From positions 39,451-103,450 of the forward strand of contig JAYPJF010000002.1 in the NCBI GenBank assembly GCA_038128225.1: 64,000 bases of DNA, written 5' to 3'. Shown here piece after piece: positions 53,381 through 63,731 of this stretch (the first letter of the stretch is position 1; each line of letters begins with the position of its first letter). This stretch comes from a bacterium. Lineage in GTDB: Bacteria; Patescibacteriota; Minisyncoccia; Phycocordibacterales; UBA2100. Under the pieces are notes generated by a model. That model had not been told where the DNA came from. It saw nothing but the letters and a program-made list of their open reading frames with translations, and made no database searches. A program made the position numbers and the translations under genes.

Positions 53381-55405
53381 ATGAATTTTAAGCTTGAGTC
53401 GTCGTATGCGCCGGCAGGCGACCAGCCAAAGGCGATCGAATCCCTAGTTGACGGACTGCATGCAGGTAAAAATCACCAAACATTGCTTGGCGTGACTGGT
53501 TCAGGGAAAACATTCACGGTTGGAAATGTCATTGCGCGCATTGATAAACCCACCTTGGTTATCGCGCACAACAAGACGCTTGCGGCGCAACTTGCTGCAG
53601 AGTATCGGGAGTTCTTTCCGCACAGTGCAGTGCACTATTTTGTTTCCTACTATGACTACTATCAGCCGGAGGCGTATGTGCCGGTTTCAGATACTTACAT
53701 CGAAAAGGAGGCAATGGTGAACGAAGACATTGAGCGACTTCGGCACGCGGCGACGCAGGCACTACTTACGCGCAAGGATGTGATCATTGTGGCGTCAGTT
53801 TCGTGCATTTATGGCCTCGGATCGCCCGAGGAATATGAGAAAGTAAATCTAAAGCTTGTAGTGGGAGAAAAACAATCGCGCTCAGATTTAATTCGTGCGC
53901 TTGTCGGGATATATTTTGAACGCACCAATGCGGACCTTTCTCCTGGCACATTCCGCGCTCTCGGAAACACTGTTGAAGTGATGCCTGCGAACGAGCGCGC
54001 ACTGTATCGCATCCAGCTCAGTCCGGCAGGTATCGCGCGCATCGAAGAACAAGACCCGCTTACGCGAAAGACGACGGTGGAACATTCTTCACTTTTTATT
54101 TTTCCCGCGCGGCACTACGTAACACCAAAAGATATACAAGATGCAGCTGTAAGCGACATTGAAGCCGAGCTTGCTCAACAGCTTTCGCTGTTCGAAAAAC
54201 AAGGAAAGTTACTGGAAGCTGACCGTCTAAAACGTCGCACCAAGCAAGATATTGCAATGATTCGCGAATTTGGGTATTGCAACGGCATTGAAAATTACTC
54301 GCGGCACTTTGATCGGCGCAAATCAGGGGAGCCGCCCTACACCTTGCTCTCGTATTTTCCGCGCACTAAAGAGGGGGGCGCCGATTTTCTTACGGTCATC
54401 GATGAGTCTCATGTCACCGTACCGCAAATTGGGGGTATGTATGCAGGTGATCGCTCGCGCAAAAACGTGCTTGTGGAACACGGATTTCGGCTGCCCAGTG
54501 CCGTTGACAACCGGCCGCTCACGTTTGATGAATTTTCTGCGCGTGTAGGGCAAGTAATTTATACGAGTGCCACACCTGCAGAGTACGAACGCATTAAAAG
54601 TGGCAAGCCAGTCGAAATGATTGTACGGCCAACAGGACTTGTTGACCCTGAAATATGCGTGCGCCCCGTGATCGAAAAAGGAAGTTATCCAGGACAAGTA
54701 CATGACTTTATCAACGAGGCTGACGCAACAACAAAGCGCGGCGCTCGCTCAATGGTAACGGTACTAACCAAAAAGATGGCGGAAGACCTCGCTGCATTTC
54801 TGATTGAGCGGGGTATTAAAGCAAAATATTTACATAGCGATGTTAAAACGGTTGAGCGCATAGAAATTCTTACCGACTTTCGCAAAGGGGTGTTCGATGT
54901 GCTTGTCGGAGTGAACCTGCTGCGCGAAGGACTTGATTTGCCCGAAGTTGAATTAGTGGGCATTCTTGACGCCGACAAAGAAGGATTCTTGCGGAGTGAG
55001 ACATCACTGATTCAAACTATCGGCCGCGCGGCGCGAAATGTACACGGACGGGTATTGCTGTATGCCGACACAATGACTGGTTCGCTTGAGCGCGCGATTG
55101 GTGAGACAGAGCGACGTCGCGTGCTGCAGAAAGCGTACAATGAAAAACATGGCATCACGCCGCAAACTATCAAAAAGAAAATCGCAGACATTACCGGAGA
55201 TATTCAAAAAGCGCGCGCCAAGGCTATAACAAAACTTTCCGAACTTGACCAAAAGGCGTATGAAGGAAAATCGCTTGCTCAAATCATTGAGGCAAAGCGA
55301 CGCGAAATGCATGATGCCGCCGACGATCTCGACTTCGAGACCGCAGCGATTCTTCGAGATGAGATTCATGAGCTGGAAAAGCGTGCTCCGAAATCAAAAA
55401 AGTAA
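53381..55405 (+). CDS. uvrB: Excinuclease ABC subunit B
   Basis: 674-aa ORF with helicase motif I (GVTGSGKT), a beta-hairpin region, and a C-terminal UVR domain (ADDLDFETAAILRDEIHELE). Confidence 0.95.
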   Translation: MNFKLESSYAPAGDQPKAIESLVDGLHAGKNHQTLLGVTGSGKTFTVGNVIARIDKPTLVIAHNKTLAAQLAAEYREFFPHSAVHYFVSYYDYYQPEAYVPVSDTYIEKEAMVNEDIERLRHAATQALLTRKDVIIVASVSCIYGLGSPEEYEKVNLKLVVGEKQSRSDLIRALVGIYFERTNADLSPGTFRALGNTVEVMPANERALYRIQLSPAGIARIEEQDPLTRKTTVEHSSLFIFPARHYVTPKDIQDAAVSDIEAELAQQLSLFEKQGKLLEADRLKRRTKQDIAMIREFGYCNGIENYSRHFDRRKSGEPPYTLLSYFPRTKEGGADFLTVIDESHVTVPQIGGMYAGDRSRKNVLVEHGFRLPSAVDNRPLTFDEFSARVGQVIYTSATPAEYERIKSGKPVEMIVRPTGLVDPEICVRPVIEKGSYPGQVHDFINEADATTKRGARSMVTVLTKKMAEDLAAFLIERGIKAKYLHSDVKTVERIEILTDFRKGVFDVLVGVNLLREGLDLPEVELVGILDADKEGFLRSETSLIQTIGRAARNVHGRVLLYADTMTGSLERAIGETERRRVLQKAYNEKHGITPQTIKKKIADITGDIQKARAKAITKLSELDQKAYEGKSLAQIIEAKRREMHDAADDLDFETAAILRDEIHELEKRAPKSKK

Positions 55406-55480
55406 ATTTGGCGCTGAGGCATTTCTTCAAACAACGGTGCTCTTGATGTTTTTTGATGCCGTGTGCTAAGCTAGCGCCTC

Positions 55481-56614
55481 ATGCGAATTGTAATGGTTGC
55501 ATCGCCATGGTTAGGGGGAAGCGGAACCGTCGCCTCTCGTTTGGCTCGCGCCCTTGCGAGAAACGAACATGTGGTGCGGCTTGTTACGTATCCAACGGCG
55601 AGCTCCGCACAAACTAATGCGGAAATGCCTGCAAGTCTTGTTGAGCCGTTTGAATTTCCCTTGTTTCCGTTCCCGTTATACGAGCTTGCGCTTGCGGAAA
55701 AAATTGCGGAGGAAGTGCTTTCAATTAACGCCGAAGTTATCCATGCGCATTACGGGATACTTTTTGGTCACGCGGCCTTTTTAGCACAACAGAGTTTGCG
55801 GATTCGAGGCTACGAAGTACCGATTGTGCTTACATTGCACGGAACAGATGTGCTCGGGCTTGATCTCGCTCGCCCTGGCGCAGTTGCTCCCAAGCATCTT
55901 AATACGCTCATCATTCGCTCCGCCGATGCAGTCTCGGCGGTGTCAGATAATTTGGCAGCGTACGCAAAAGATCTTTATGGGGTCGCCAACTCACATATAC
56001 ATGTAGTACACAACGCTATAAATACAAAGGTTTTCTCGCCACAATTTGATGTTGAGCGCTCGTGCGAGAACCCAATAGTAATCCACGCTTCTAATTTTCG
56101 CTCCGTCAAACGCCCGCTGCTTGTTCTTGAGGTGTTTGAACTTCTGCGAAAAAAGCGAGCAGTTCAGATGCGGTTTGTCGGCGAAGGTCCAGAACTCAGC
56201 GCGGTAAAAGAACAAGTACGCATTCGTTCAATTCCCGATGTAAGTTTTTCTGGGGTCCTTTCTGAGCGCGAACTTGCAAAAAGTTTTGCGCGCAGCCGAG
56301 CGCTTATTTTGCCGTCAACTTATGAAAGTTTCTCCCTCGTAGCACTTGAAGCACACGCGACCGGTACGCCTGTTGTTGCGTCACGGGTAGGAGGGATCGA
56401 TGAGGTTGTGCGCCATGAAGAAACAGGTTACTTGGTTGATCCTTGCGCGCCTGCATCAGTGTACGCTGCTACTGTAGAACGAATCCTCTCAGCTTCTCCA
56501 CATGAGTATCAGCGCATGAGCGACGCGGCATGGGAACATGCGCGGAAATTTGATGAAGAGATAATTACCGCACAATATCTCTCATTGTATCAACGTACGC
56601 TTAAAAAAGATTAG
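55481..56614 (+). CDS. GT4-family glycosyltransferase, BshA/MshA-like (N-acetylglucosaminyl transferase type)
   Basis: MRIVMVASPWLGGSGTVASRLARALARNEHVVRLVTYP mirrors the BshA/MshA N-terminal signature. The C-terminal GT-B half contains E...E motifs (EGPEL..., ESFSLVALEAHATGTPVVAS). Confidence 0.65.
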   Translation: MRIVMVASPWLGGSGTVASRLARALARNEHVVRLVTYPTASSAQTNAEMPASLVEPFEFPLFPFPLYELALAEKIAEEVLSINAEVIHAHYGILFGHAAFLAQQSLRIRGYEVPIVLTLHGTDVLGLDLARPGAVAPKHLNTLIIRSADAVSAVSDNLAAYAKDLYGVANSHIHVVHNAINTKVFSPQFDVERSCENPIVIHASNFRSVKRPLLVLEVFELLRKKRAVQMRFVGEGPELSAVKEQVRIRSIPDVSFSGVLSERELAKSFARSRALILPSTYESFSLVALEAHATGTPVVASRVGGIDEVVRHEETGYLVDPCAPASVYAATVERILSASPHEYQRMSDAAWEHARKFDEEIITAQYLSLYQRTLKKD

Positions 56615-57329
56615 GGAGAAATTGGAAAGGATCCGCCAAACCGATTGGTGAATATACTGAACGGTACGCTTCCCCAAACGTCCGATTAATTAGAAAACCG
56701 TTTCGACGCGCGCGCGCCTCCCACATTTTTTTTACTGAATCGCTTGTGTCTACTGTTTGCACCGTATCTGGGCGAGTGCTGAATTGTGATTCGTGTGCAA
56801 GCAATGCTTTCATTTTTGTTTCCCACACGTCAGAAATATCAAGAATAAAGGAGGGCTCAAATTCCTGCCACATTTCATAATAGAGAATATGGGTAGGGCG
56901 GTGGCGCTCCTGCCCGGTTTCATACTTGCGCAACCCAGCAGTAAAAACTGCTTCTCGCACCAACTTGGGTGTGTTCTCATGATCTGGATGTCGATCAAAT
57001 TCATGGGGGATCAATATCATCCGCGGTTTGTGTTTTCTTATTGTTCGTATGAAAACATCTTGTGTTTCTCTCGAGTTAAAAAGAAAATTGTTAGGGAGGC
57101 CCAAGTTTTCTCGGACCGATACGCCAAGGATTTCCGCTGCACGCGCTGCCTCTGTCTGGCGTTCGTCTACGGTTCCGTTTGTAGAAAGTTCTCCTTTTGT
57201 TACGTCGATAATGCACGTCGTGTATTCGAGTTTGTGCGCGAGTGCGAGTAGGCCACCACAACCAAACTCGACATCGTCAGGATGGGGGCCGATTGCCATT
57301 ATGTCGACATCGTCGGGACTGTCTCTCAT
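56601..57329 (-). CDS. PIG-L/LmbE family N-acetylglucosaminyl deacetylase (BshB-like)
   Basis: AIGPHPDDVEFGCGG and a HxxH-type metal-binding motif (HPDHENT), which define the PIG-L family. Confidence 0.65.
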   Translation of the reverse strand: MRDSPDDVDIMAIGPHPDDVEFGCGGLLALAHKLEYTTCIIDVTKGELSTNGTVDERQTEAARAAEILGVSVRENLGLPNNFLFNSRETQDVFIRTIRKHKPRMILIPHEFDRHPDHENTPKLVREAVFTAGLRKYETGQERHRPTHILYYEMWQEFEPSFILDISDVWETKMKALLAHESQFSTRPDTVQTVDTSDSVKKMWEARARRNGFLINRTFGEAYRSVYSPIGLADPFQFLPNLF

Positions 57330-57364
57330 AAACGCAGTCTGCCTAACTGTTACATAAAAAGCAA

Positions 57365-57386
57365 GAGAGGCGCCGAAGCGCCTCTC
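57365..57386 (-). terminator. Terminator hairpin directly after the stop of the 57390..58391 gene
   Basis: GAGAGGCGC-CGAA-GCGCCTCTC, followed on the minus strand by TTGCTTTTTATG. Confidence 0.5.
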
Positions 57387-57389
57387 GAA

Positions 57390-58391
57390 TTACAGCTCGT
57401 GATGAGTGAACCGCGGACGCAGTTCGCCACCAAGGATTGCGTATGAAACATCAGTGGGCCGACTGTTCCAGTATCGTGCGATTGAGTCTACAACAGCGTG
57501 CGAAATATCAGGCGGCTGTTCACCGCGTCGCCGTTTGCGCTCATCATATGCACGGATCATCGCTCGGATAGGATTCACGGCGACTCGCCAATCGAACTCG
57601 ACTTGCAGTACATGCACTTTCATACGCGGCAAGTACCGATCCCTCAACTCAAGAGACTGAGCAGTGTATCCAAGCATAGTGCACGCGACATGATAGCCTC
57701 GTGCATTGTACTCAAGCAAGAGAAACATTCCTCGTGGCACAAGAACGTCCCGTTTCGAGATGGTCTCACCATGGTACGGGTGTCTCTTATAGTCTTCGTC
57801 AATCCTCCAGAACCCGTTTCTAGCGGTACGGAGGTCACGAAACAAAACGGGGGGACTCTCGCGGAAAAACTCGATAAGACCCCGGTCGACGCCTGCGTTT
57901 GAATGGAGCATTTCTCGTACACTTCGGGCTTTCGGCATGTCTGACGGTTTAACGTGGGGAGTAACTCCGCATGTCTCAGCAACACGCATCGCCCATGAGC
58001 ACTCCATATCGTGGATGCTTTGAACTAGTGGACCCACGATTGTTGAATCATCGTAGCAGGCTTTGATGGTCGCTTCTGTAGGAGGACCACTGAGATATGC
58101 GAGTTCTCTCGGGCTCTTGAAGGTTCCGGCAATGTTTGGCAACTGATGTCCAGGAGCATATAAGGTCCAGGGAATGCGACATCCCAGAGACCAGTAGTCA
58201 GTCCACTTGTTGATAACACGAGGCTCACTGAGTCCCGTGCTGATCCATGGAGTATCGGCATCTTGTGCAAGGTACATCACGTCTGCTGACGGGAACGCGC
58301 TCCTCACCGCTTTCGCGCGAAGCAGCCCTCCGCCAGCAGGCCATTGATCACCGAGCACGATCTTTCGCGGCGCGGCCTGTGTTTCGGTCAC
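57390..58391 (-). CDS. Hypothetical conserved-looking protein (333 aa)
   Basis: Long ORF with ordinary codon usage and its own terminator. No family recognised. Confidence 0.5.
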   Translation of the reverse strand: MTETQAAPRKIVLGDQWPAGGGLLRAKAVRSAFPSADVMYLAQDADTPWISTGLSEPRVINKWTDYWSLGCRIPWTLYAPGHQLPNIAGTFKSPRELAYLSGPPTEATIKACYDDSTIVGPLVQSIHDMECSWAMRVAETCGVTPHVKPSDMPKARSVREMLHSNAGVDRGLIEFFRESPPVLFRDLRTARNGFWRIDEDYKRHPYHGETISKRDVLVPRGMFLLLEYNARGYHVACTMLGYTAQSLELRDRYLPRMKVHVLQVEFDWRVAVNPIRAMIRAYDERKRRRGEQPPDISHAVVDSIARYWNSRPTDVSYAILGGELRPRFTHHEL

Positions 58392-58461
58392 AATTTAGTT
58401 CCTTTCTCATTATGGCACCATGTGTGACGTTACTATATACAGCGATTCTTGGCAAAGGGTT

Positions 58462-59631
58462 TCAAAACGCCTGCGTCACATGCCGACGCACCAGCGCAAG
58501 CCAGAGTGGAGAAAAAGCGAGCGATAACGCGATTACGGAGAGTGCAATTTGGTAATCAGTGTTCTTGATAAAGCCATTAGCTGCACCTAGGGTAATTAGC
58601 ACAAACGAAAACTCTCCAATTTGTCCCAACACGGCGCTCAATATCAAAGCGGATTTGAAAGGTATGTGAAGCGCACGGAGAATGATCGTGTTACACAATG
58701 TTTTCATAATAAGCACGATACCGAGTATGGCGGAAATTGTGAGTATGTTTTCGAGTATGAATGAGGGGTTGAGCATCAAGCCAATCGAGAGAAAGAACAC
58801 CATGATCAGCAGATCGTGAATAGAGTGGATGGCGTTTCGATAGGCAACACCGAGCGTGCCCACGTTTCCTAAGAGGAGTCCCATTGAAAACGCACCGTAT
58901 GCAGCGGAGAGTCCAACAGCACCACTTACCGCCGCGGCGCCGAAACAAAGTGCCATGCCGGCGACCACCGGCTGTGCGTGGCCTATACCGAGAACGCGTT
59001 CTGCACGGGTAAGCAGTCCCGGATGTTTTTGTATGTAGCCGATGGCAACGATGCTTCCTACGATGACAACAATTGCAAAAATAATGCGCAGACTATCTTC
59101 AAAGGTGACACTATCGCCTCCAAGCGTTGCGACAATTAGGAGCATCGGAATTACTGCAAGATCTTGCGCGATTAAGATTGCCGTAGCAAGTCTACCGGCA
59201 GAAGATTGGCTCGCGCGGAGCTCCCACAGCATACTCATCGCAACTGCTGTGGACGAAAGAGAAACAACAAAGCCCAATAGAATGCCCAATTGCCAACTCC
59301 ACCCCAGTAGCGAGCTAAACCCCAACATAAACATGAGGCCAATACTGATTTGGAGTCCAGTGATGATTAGTGCCGGGCGCATAGAGCGCCTAAACTGCTT
59401 GATATCAAGTTCGAGACCGAGCATGAACATCAACAAGATCACGGCGAGCTCTGCGAGCTCGTGGACCAGCGGGTCGTTTCCTTGAAGGCCTAAAAGTCCG
59501 GGCCCAATAAGCATACCGACAACGATGTATCCGACCAGCGTTGGCTGGCGGAGTCGCTGGAGGAATAGCCCACCAACAAAGGCGAGGAAAAGAATGAGTG
59601 CCAAGTGTGAAAGTGTAAACACATGTTCCAC
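58462..59631 (-). CDS. Cation:proton antiporter (CPA2/KefB-like Na+/H+ exchanger membrane domain)
   Basis: About 12 TM helices and the typical N-terminal LALILFLAFVGGLFLQRLRQPTLVGYIVVGMLIGP. Confidence 0.75.
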   Translation of the reverse strand: MEHVFTLSHLALILFLAFVGGLFLQRLRQPTLVGYIVVGMLIGPGLLGLQGNDPLVHELAELAVILLMFMLGLELDIKQFRRSMRPALIITGLQISIGLMFMLGFSSLLGWSWQLGILLGFVVSLSSTAVAMSMLWELRASQSSAGRLATAILIAQDLAVIPMLLIVATLGGDSVTFEDSLRIIFAIVVIVGSIVAIGYIQKHPGLLTRAERVLGIGHAQPVVAGMALCFGAAAVSGAVGLSAAYGAFSMGLLLGNVGTLGVAYRNAIHSIHDLLIMVFFLSIGLMLNPSFILENILTISAILGIVLIMKTLCNTIILRALHIPFKSALILSAVLGQIGEFSFVLITLGAANGFIKNTDYQIALSVIALSLAFSPLWLALVRRHVTQAF

Positions 59632-59741
59632 AAATGCACTATACTAGGCACATTTTGAGTTATCCCCACATGCGCGCGCCGTTGACTTGCCGCGCATTAA
59701 AAAGTAAAAGAGAGGAAGGCGTGTGAATAGGGAGAACGGGA

Positions 59742-60038
59742 ATGAACGCCAATCTGTTCGACTATCTGTCGGAGGCCGCGCGGCGCGCAGGTCGGTATTG
59801 CTGGATGGTCCACACGGATGTGCCTGGGATCATCGTTACATTTTCGATCGCGCTCTTTTTTGTAGTGAAAGGAGGAGGCGCCTTTCCCGAGTTACCGCTT
59901 TTCGCCGACAGTCTTTGTACAGCACTGCTGTCACTCTACCTGATGTGGCTTTTGGTGGCACTTGTCTGGATGATACTTCCCGACGCCGCCAAAATCTACC
60001 TCATGGGATCTCAGGATACTCAAGACGACGATGAGTAA
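59742..60038 (+). CDS. Small membrane protein (98 aa) with an acidic C-terminus
   Basis: Two predicted TM helices. Followed by a terminator hairpin. Confidence 0.4.
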   Translation: MNANLFDYLSEAARRAGRYCWMVHTDVPGIIVTFSIALFFVVKGGGAFPELPLFADSLCTALLSLYLMWLLVALVWMILPDAAKIYLMGSQDTQDDDE

Positions 60039-60046
60039 GCGTCTCC

Positions 60047-60070
60047 AGACCGCGGCTTCGGCCGCGGTCT
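60047..60070 (+). terminator. Rho-independent terminator
   Basis: AGACCGCGGC-TTCG-GCCGCGGTCT followed by TCTGTGTG. Confidence 0.45.
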
Positions 60071-60125
60071 TCTGTGTGCTATAGTGCACAGGTACCCCCA
60101 CAGGAACATACGGGGGTTCGTTTCT

Positions 60126-62708
60126 ATGGAAGACGTGATTGTTGTAAAAGGCGCGCGCACGCACAATCTGAAAAATGTGTCGGTAGAGATGCCGCGTAAT
60201 AAATTAGTTGTCTTTACAGGCCTCTCCGGCTCGGGCAAATCGTCGCTCGCCTTCGATACGATCTTTGCGGAAGGGCAGCGCAAGTATGTCGAGTCACTTT
60301 CAGCGTACGCGCGACAGTTTTTGAATAAGATGCAAAAACCTGATGTCGACGAGATCAGCGGGCTCTCCCCAGCAATTTCGATTGATCAGAAGAGCCGTTC
60401 GAACAACCCACGCTCAACCGTTGCCACTATCACCGAAATCTATGATTATCTCCGTGTTTTGTACGCCCGTGTAGGCAAACCACATTGTCTTGCCTGTGGG
60501 CATGAAGTGCGCAAGATGTCGAACGAAGAAATTCTTGGCTCGGTACTCGAGATTGTAAAAGAGGCGCGCAAGACAGGAACGAAAAAAGTAATGGATGTGG
60601 CAATTTCAGATGCAAAAATTGCGATTGTCTCTCCAGTGGTTGTCGGACGCAAGGGAGAATACTATCAGCTCTTGTACGACATGCTTGGGAAAGGGTATGA
60701 GGCCGCCTATGTTGATGGAGAGCGCAAGTCACTCCGCGAGCGCGTTGTTCTTGAGAAACAAAAAAAGCACACGATCGATATCGTGGTCGACGAAATATTT
60801 CTGACCGAGTTTAGCGATGATCCAAAAAACTCACACGAACGCGCGAGCGAAGCGATCGAGCGGGCACTTCATGAATCGGATGGGCTTGTTAGAATTATCG
60901 GTCCTGACGGTGGCGCAAAAACTGTATCGAGCAAATTCATGTGCCCACATGACGGCTTCTCTTTTCCTGAAGTTGAGCCGCGACTTTTCTCATTCAATTC
61001 TCCGTATGGCGCCTGTCCTGTGTGTAACGGCATCGGGACCAAATTCTTGTACGGTGACGAGCCGTGTGAAGCATGCGGCGGGGCGCGACTTCGCCCCGAG
61101 GCGCTTAATGTTTTTCTCGGCGGGGGCCCTACTGAAGGCAAAAACATCGTGGCAGTAAGCTCGATGTCAATCGAAGAAGCGAGTAATTTTTTCAAGAAGT
61201 TGAAGTTAACGAAGAAGGAGCAGGAAATTTCACACGCGGTTGTTAAGGAGATAACCAATCGCCTTACGTTTATGCTTGATGTCGGGATCGAGTATCTTAC
61301 CCTTGATCGGCGCGCGAATACGCTTTCAGGAGGAGAAGCACAGCGCATTCGACTCGCGTCGCAACTTGGTTCTGGTCTTGTGGGCGCATTGTATGTTTTA
61401 GATGAGCCAACTATCGGACTCCATCAGCGCGATAATGATCGCCTGATCACGACACTTAAGAATTTGCGCGATCTCGGCAACACCGTAATTGTTGTTGAGC
61501 ATGACGAAGACACTATTTATGCAGCGGATTACATCGTCGACATCGGACCCGGTGCCGGCGTGCATGGCGGTACGATTGTGGTTTCTGGGTGGCTCGAGAA
61601 ACTTCTGACTGCAAAAAAGAACGAATCAGGATCGGAGACACTGGCGTATCTGCGCGGCGAAAAAAGTATAGAGTTGCCCGAAAAACGACGCACGACAGAC
61701 AAAGGGAAAATCAAAATCCGCGGTGCAAATAAATTCAATATAAAGAATCTCTCAGTTGATGTCCCGTTGGGGAAACTCGTCTGTGTGACGGGTGTTTCCG
61801 GCTCAGGCAAGTCCACGTTTTTATACGAAATTCTTGATCGCAATTTGCGTGCGAAACTTGATCGGCGTTACCGAACCGCAAAAGTGTACAATGTAGGCAC
61901 ATTTGAGGGTACGGAGTATCTTGGCCGCACAATTTTGATAGATCAGTCGCCCATTGGCCGCACGCCCCGCTCGAATCCAGCAACGTACACGGGCGCGTTT
62001 ACCCACATTCGCGATATGTTTGCAATGACCGAAGAAGCGCGCGCGCGAGGTTGGTCTCCTGGACGCTTCAGTTTTAACGTAAAAGGCGGGAGGTGTGAGT
62101 CGTGTGAAGGCAATGGCCTCATCGCGGTTGAAATGCACTTTTTGCCCACAGTCTATGTGACCTGCGATGTGTGCAACGGAAAGCGTTTTATGAAAGAAAC
62201 GCTCGAAGTAAAGTATAAAAAGAAAAGCATTCACGATGTCCTCTCGATGACCATCGAAGAAGCACTCGCGTTTTTTGAAGATATTCCTGCGATTTCAGAT
62301 CGTCTGCAAACACTTGCCGATGTGGGACTTGGATACCTTGAGCTTGGACAAAGCGCGACGACGCTTTCTGGCGGTGAGGCCCAACGAGTCAAAATTGCTT
62401 CCGAATTGTACCGACCGCACACAACAAAGACGATGTATCTTTTGGATGAGCCAACCGTCGGGCTTCACTATGAGGACGTTCGTAAACTGATCGAAATACT
62501 TCAAAAATTGGTTGACCGCGGTAATACGGTGGTGGTTATCGAACACAACCTTGACCTGATTAAATGCGCCGACTACATCATCGACATGGGACCTGAAGGC
62601 GGTGTTGGTGGTGGCTCAATTGTCGCGAAAGGAACACCAGAAGATGTTGCCCGCGCCAAAGGATCGTTTACTGCCACTTATCTTGCACGTGCACTTAAAA
62701 AGAAGTAA
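60126..62708 (+). CDS. uvrA: Excinuclease ABC subunit A
   Basis: Two ABC ATPase modules ([25 protein letters not shown]), zinc-finger CxxC pairs, and signature motifs [12 protein letters not shown] / [12 protein letters not shown]. 861 aa from MEDVIVV. Confidence 0.95.
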   Translation: MEDVIVVKGARTHNLKNVSVEMPRNKLVVFTGLSGSGKSSLAFDTIFAEGQRKYVESLSAYARQFLNKMQKPDVDEISGLSPAISIDQKSRSNNPRSTVATITEIYDYLRVLYARVGKPHCLACGHEVRKMSNEEILGSVLEIVKEARKTGTKKVMDVAISDAKIAIVSPVVVGRKGEYYQLLYDMLGKGYEAAYVDGERKSLRERVVLEKQKKHTIDIVVDEIFLTEFSDDPKNSHERASEAIERALHESDGLVRIIGPDGGAKTVSSKFMCPHDGFSFPEVEPRLFSFNSPYGACPVCNGIGTKFLYGDEPCEACGGARLRPEALNVFLGGGPTEGKNIVAVSSMSIEEASNFFKKLKLTKKEQEISHAVVKEITNRLTFMLDVGIEYLTLDRRANTLSGGEAQRIRLASQLGSGLVGALYVLDEPTIGLHQRDNDRLITTLKNLRDLGNTVIVVEHDEDTIYAADYIVDIGPGAGVHGGTIVVSGWLEKLLTAKKNESGSETLAYLRGEKSIELPEKRRTTDKGKIKIRGANKFNIKNLSVDVPLGKLVCVTGVSGSGKSTFLYEILDRNLRAKLDRRYRTAKVYNVGTFEGTEYLGRTILIDQSPIGRTPRSNPATYTGAFTHIRDMFAMTEEARARGWSPGRFSFNVKGGRCESCEGNGLIAVEMHFLPTVYVTCDVCNGKRFMKETLEVKYKKKSIHDVLSMTIEEALAFFEDIPAISDRLQTLADVGLGYLELGQSATTLSGGEAQRVKIASELYRPHTTKTMYLLDEPTVGLHYEDVRKLIEILQKLVDRGNTVVVIEHNLDLIKCADYIIDMGPEGGVGGGSIVAKGTPEDVARAKGSFTATYLARALKKK

Positions 62709-62717
62709 CGTCCACCT

Positions 62718-63182
62718 ATGCGAATATACACGATTGTCGGAATTATTCTTTTCGTAATCATTGGACTTTTTGCGTGGGGCCAATTTAACGCAGCGCAAAA
62801 ACCTGTTTCGTACTGGGAAAGCACGCCGATCGCATGCCTCTCAAATGGGCACGAAAATCTCTCGCTTCATATACACCAAGAATTATTTGTGCTTGTTGAT
62901 GGAGTAGAAGAGACAGTTCCGGCGAATATCGGCATTACTCCTTCATGCATGGCGGAAGTGCACACACACGACACAACGGGGAAACTACACGTAGAGGCAA
63001 CTCGCAGCGACAAAAAGTTTACTCTTGAAGATTTGTTCACCATTCAGCACATGCCGATAGAACGGAGTGGGTATTCACTTGCGATTGACGTTGATGGAAA
63101 GAAAGTCTCATCCGCGAAAGAAGTTGAACTCAGGGACGGGCAGCGCATTGTTATGGCGTATACCTCTGTCCCCACGCAATAG
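62718..63182 (+). CDS. Hypothetical membrane-anchored protein (154 aa)
   Basis: N-terminal TM helix. 2 Cys in the ectodomain. Confidence 0.45.
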   Translation: MRIYTIVGIILFVIIGLFAWGQFNAAQKPVSYWESTPIACLSNGHENLSLHIHQELFVLVDGVEETVPANIGITPSCMAEVHTHDTTGKLHVEATRSDKKFTLEDLFTIQHMPIERSGYSLAIDVDGKKVSSAKEVELRDGQRIVMAYTSVPTQ

Positions 63183-63243
63183 TTGCCGGCTTTGTAACGC
63201 TTGGTACAGTCAGAGTCTAGAGTGTCACGCGGAGGAAGAAGTG

Positions 63244-63645
63244 ATGGGTGAAAACCACAGGCTGTCTCTGGCGGAAATTTGTGAGCGAGTCGAGGTGATC
63301 AATGCTTCGATAGAGCGGTGGAAAGGGCGGCCGCATGTACCGACTTTGCACACAAGTCGCGGACGAGAACGCAAAACCAGCGAATATTACGCTGGGCGCT
63401 TTTATGCGCGGAAGGACGTGTTACTGTACCTTGAAATACATTTTGGTGTTGCCGATCTCGGGGCGCTGTTTCTTTTGTGCCAGCGGCATATGAGCGGGCC
63501 GTTAAGTGTGCGCACGAGGCGCATGGTAGCGCAAACGCTTGCCGACTACCATAACGGGAGTGCGCTACCGTGTTTTGTGCTCGCAACATATGTCATGCTT
63601 CGGGAAGAAGGGCAAAAAATCCCTGCGTTGGCAGCAGCGGAGTAG
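63244..63645 (+). CDS. Hypothetical protein (133 aa from the internal ATG)
   Basis: GGAGGAAGAAGTG RBS-like sequence before the ATG at 63244. The upstream part of the listed ORF overlaps the preceding gene. Confidence 0.35.
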   Translation: MGENHRLSLAEICERVEVINASIERWKGRPHVPTLHTSRGRERKTSEYYAGRFYARKDVLLYLEIHFGVADLGALFLLCQRHMSGPLSVRTRRMVAQTLADYHNGSALPCFVLATYVMLREEGQKIPALAAAE

Positions 63646-63731
63646 TTGCGGCCTTCACGCGAAAACTTCTTGCCTTTTTCATGTTTTATCCTATAGAATT
63701 AGGGCAGCTGGGGAAAACAGATGAGGCTAGT

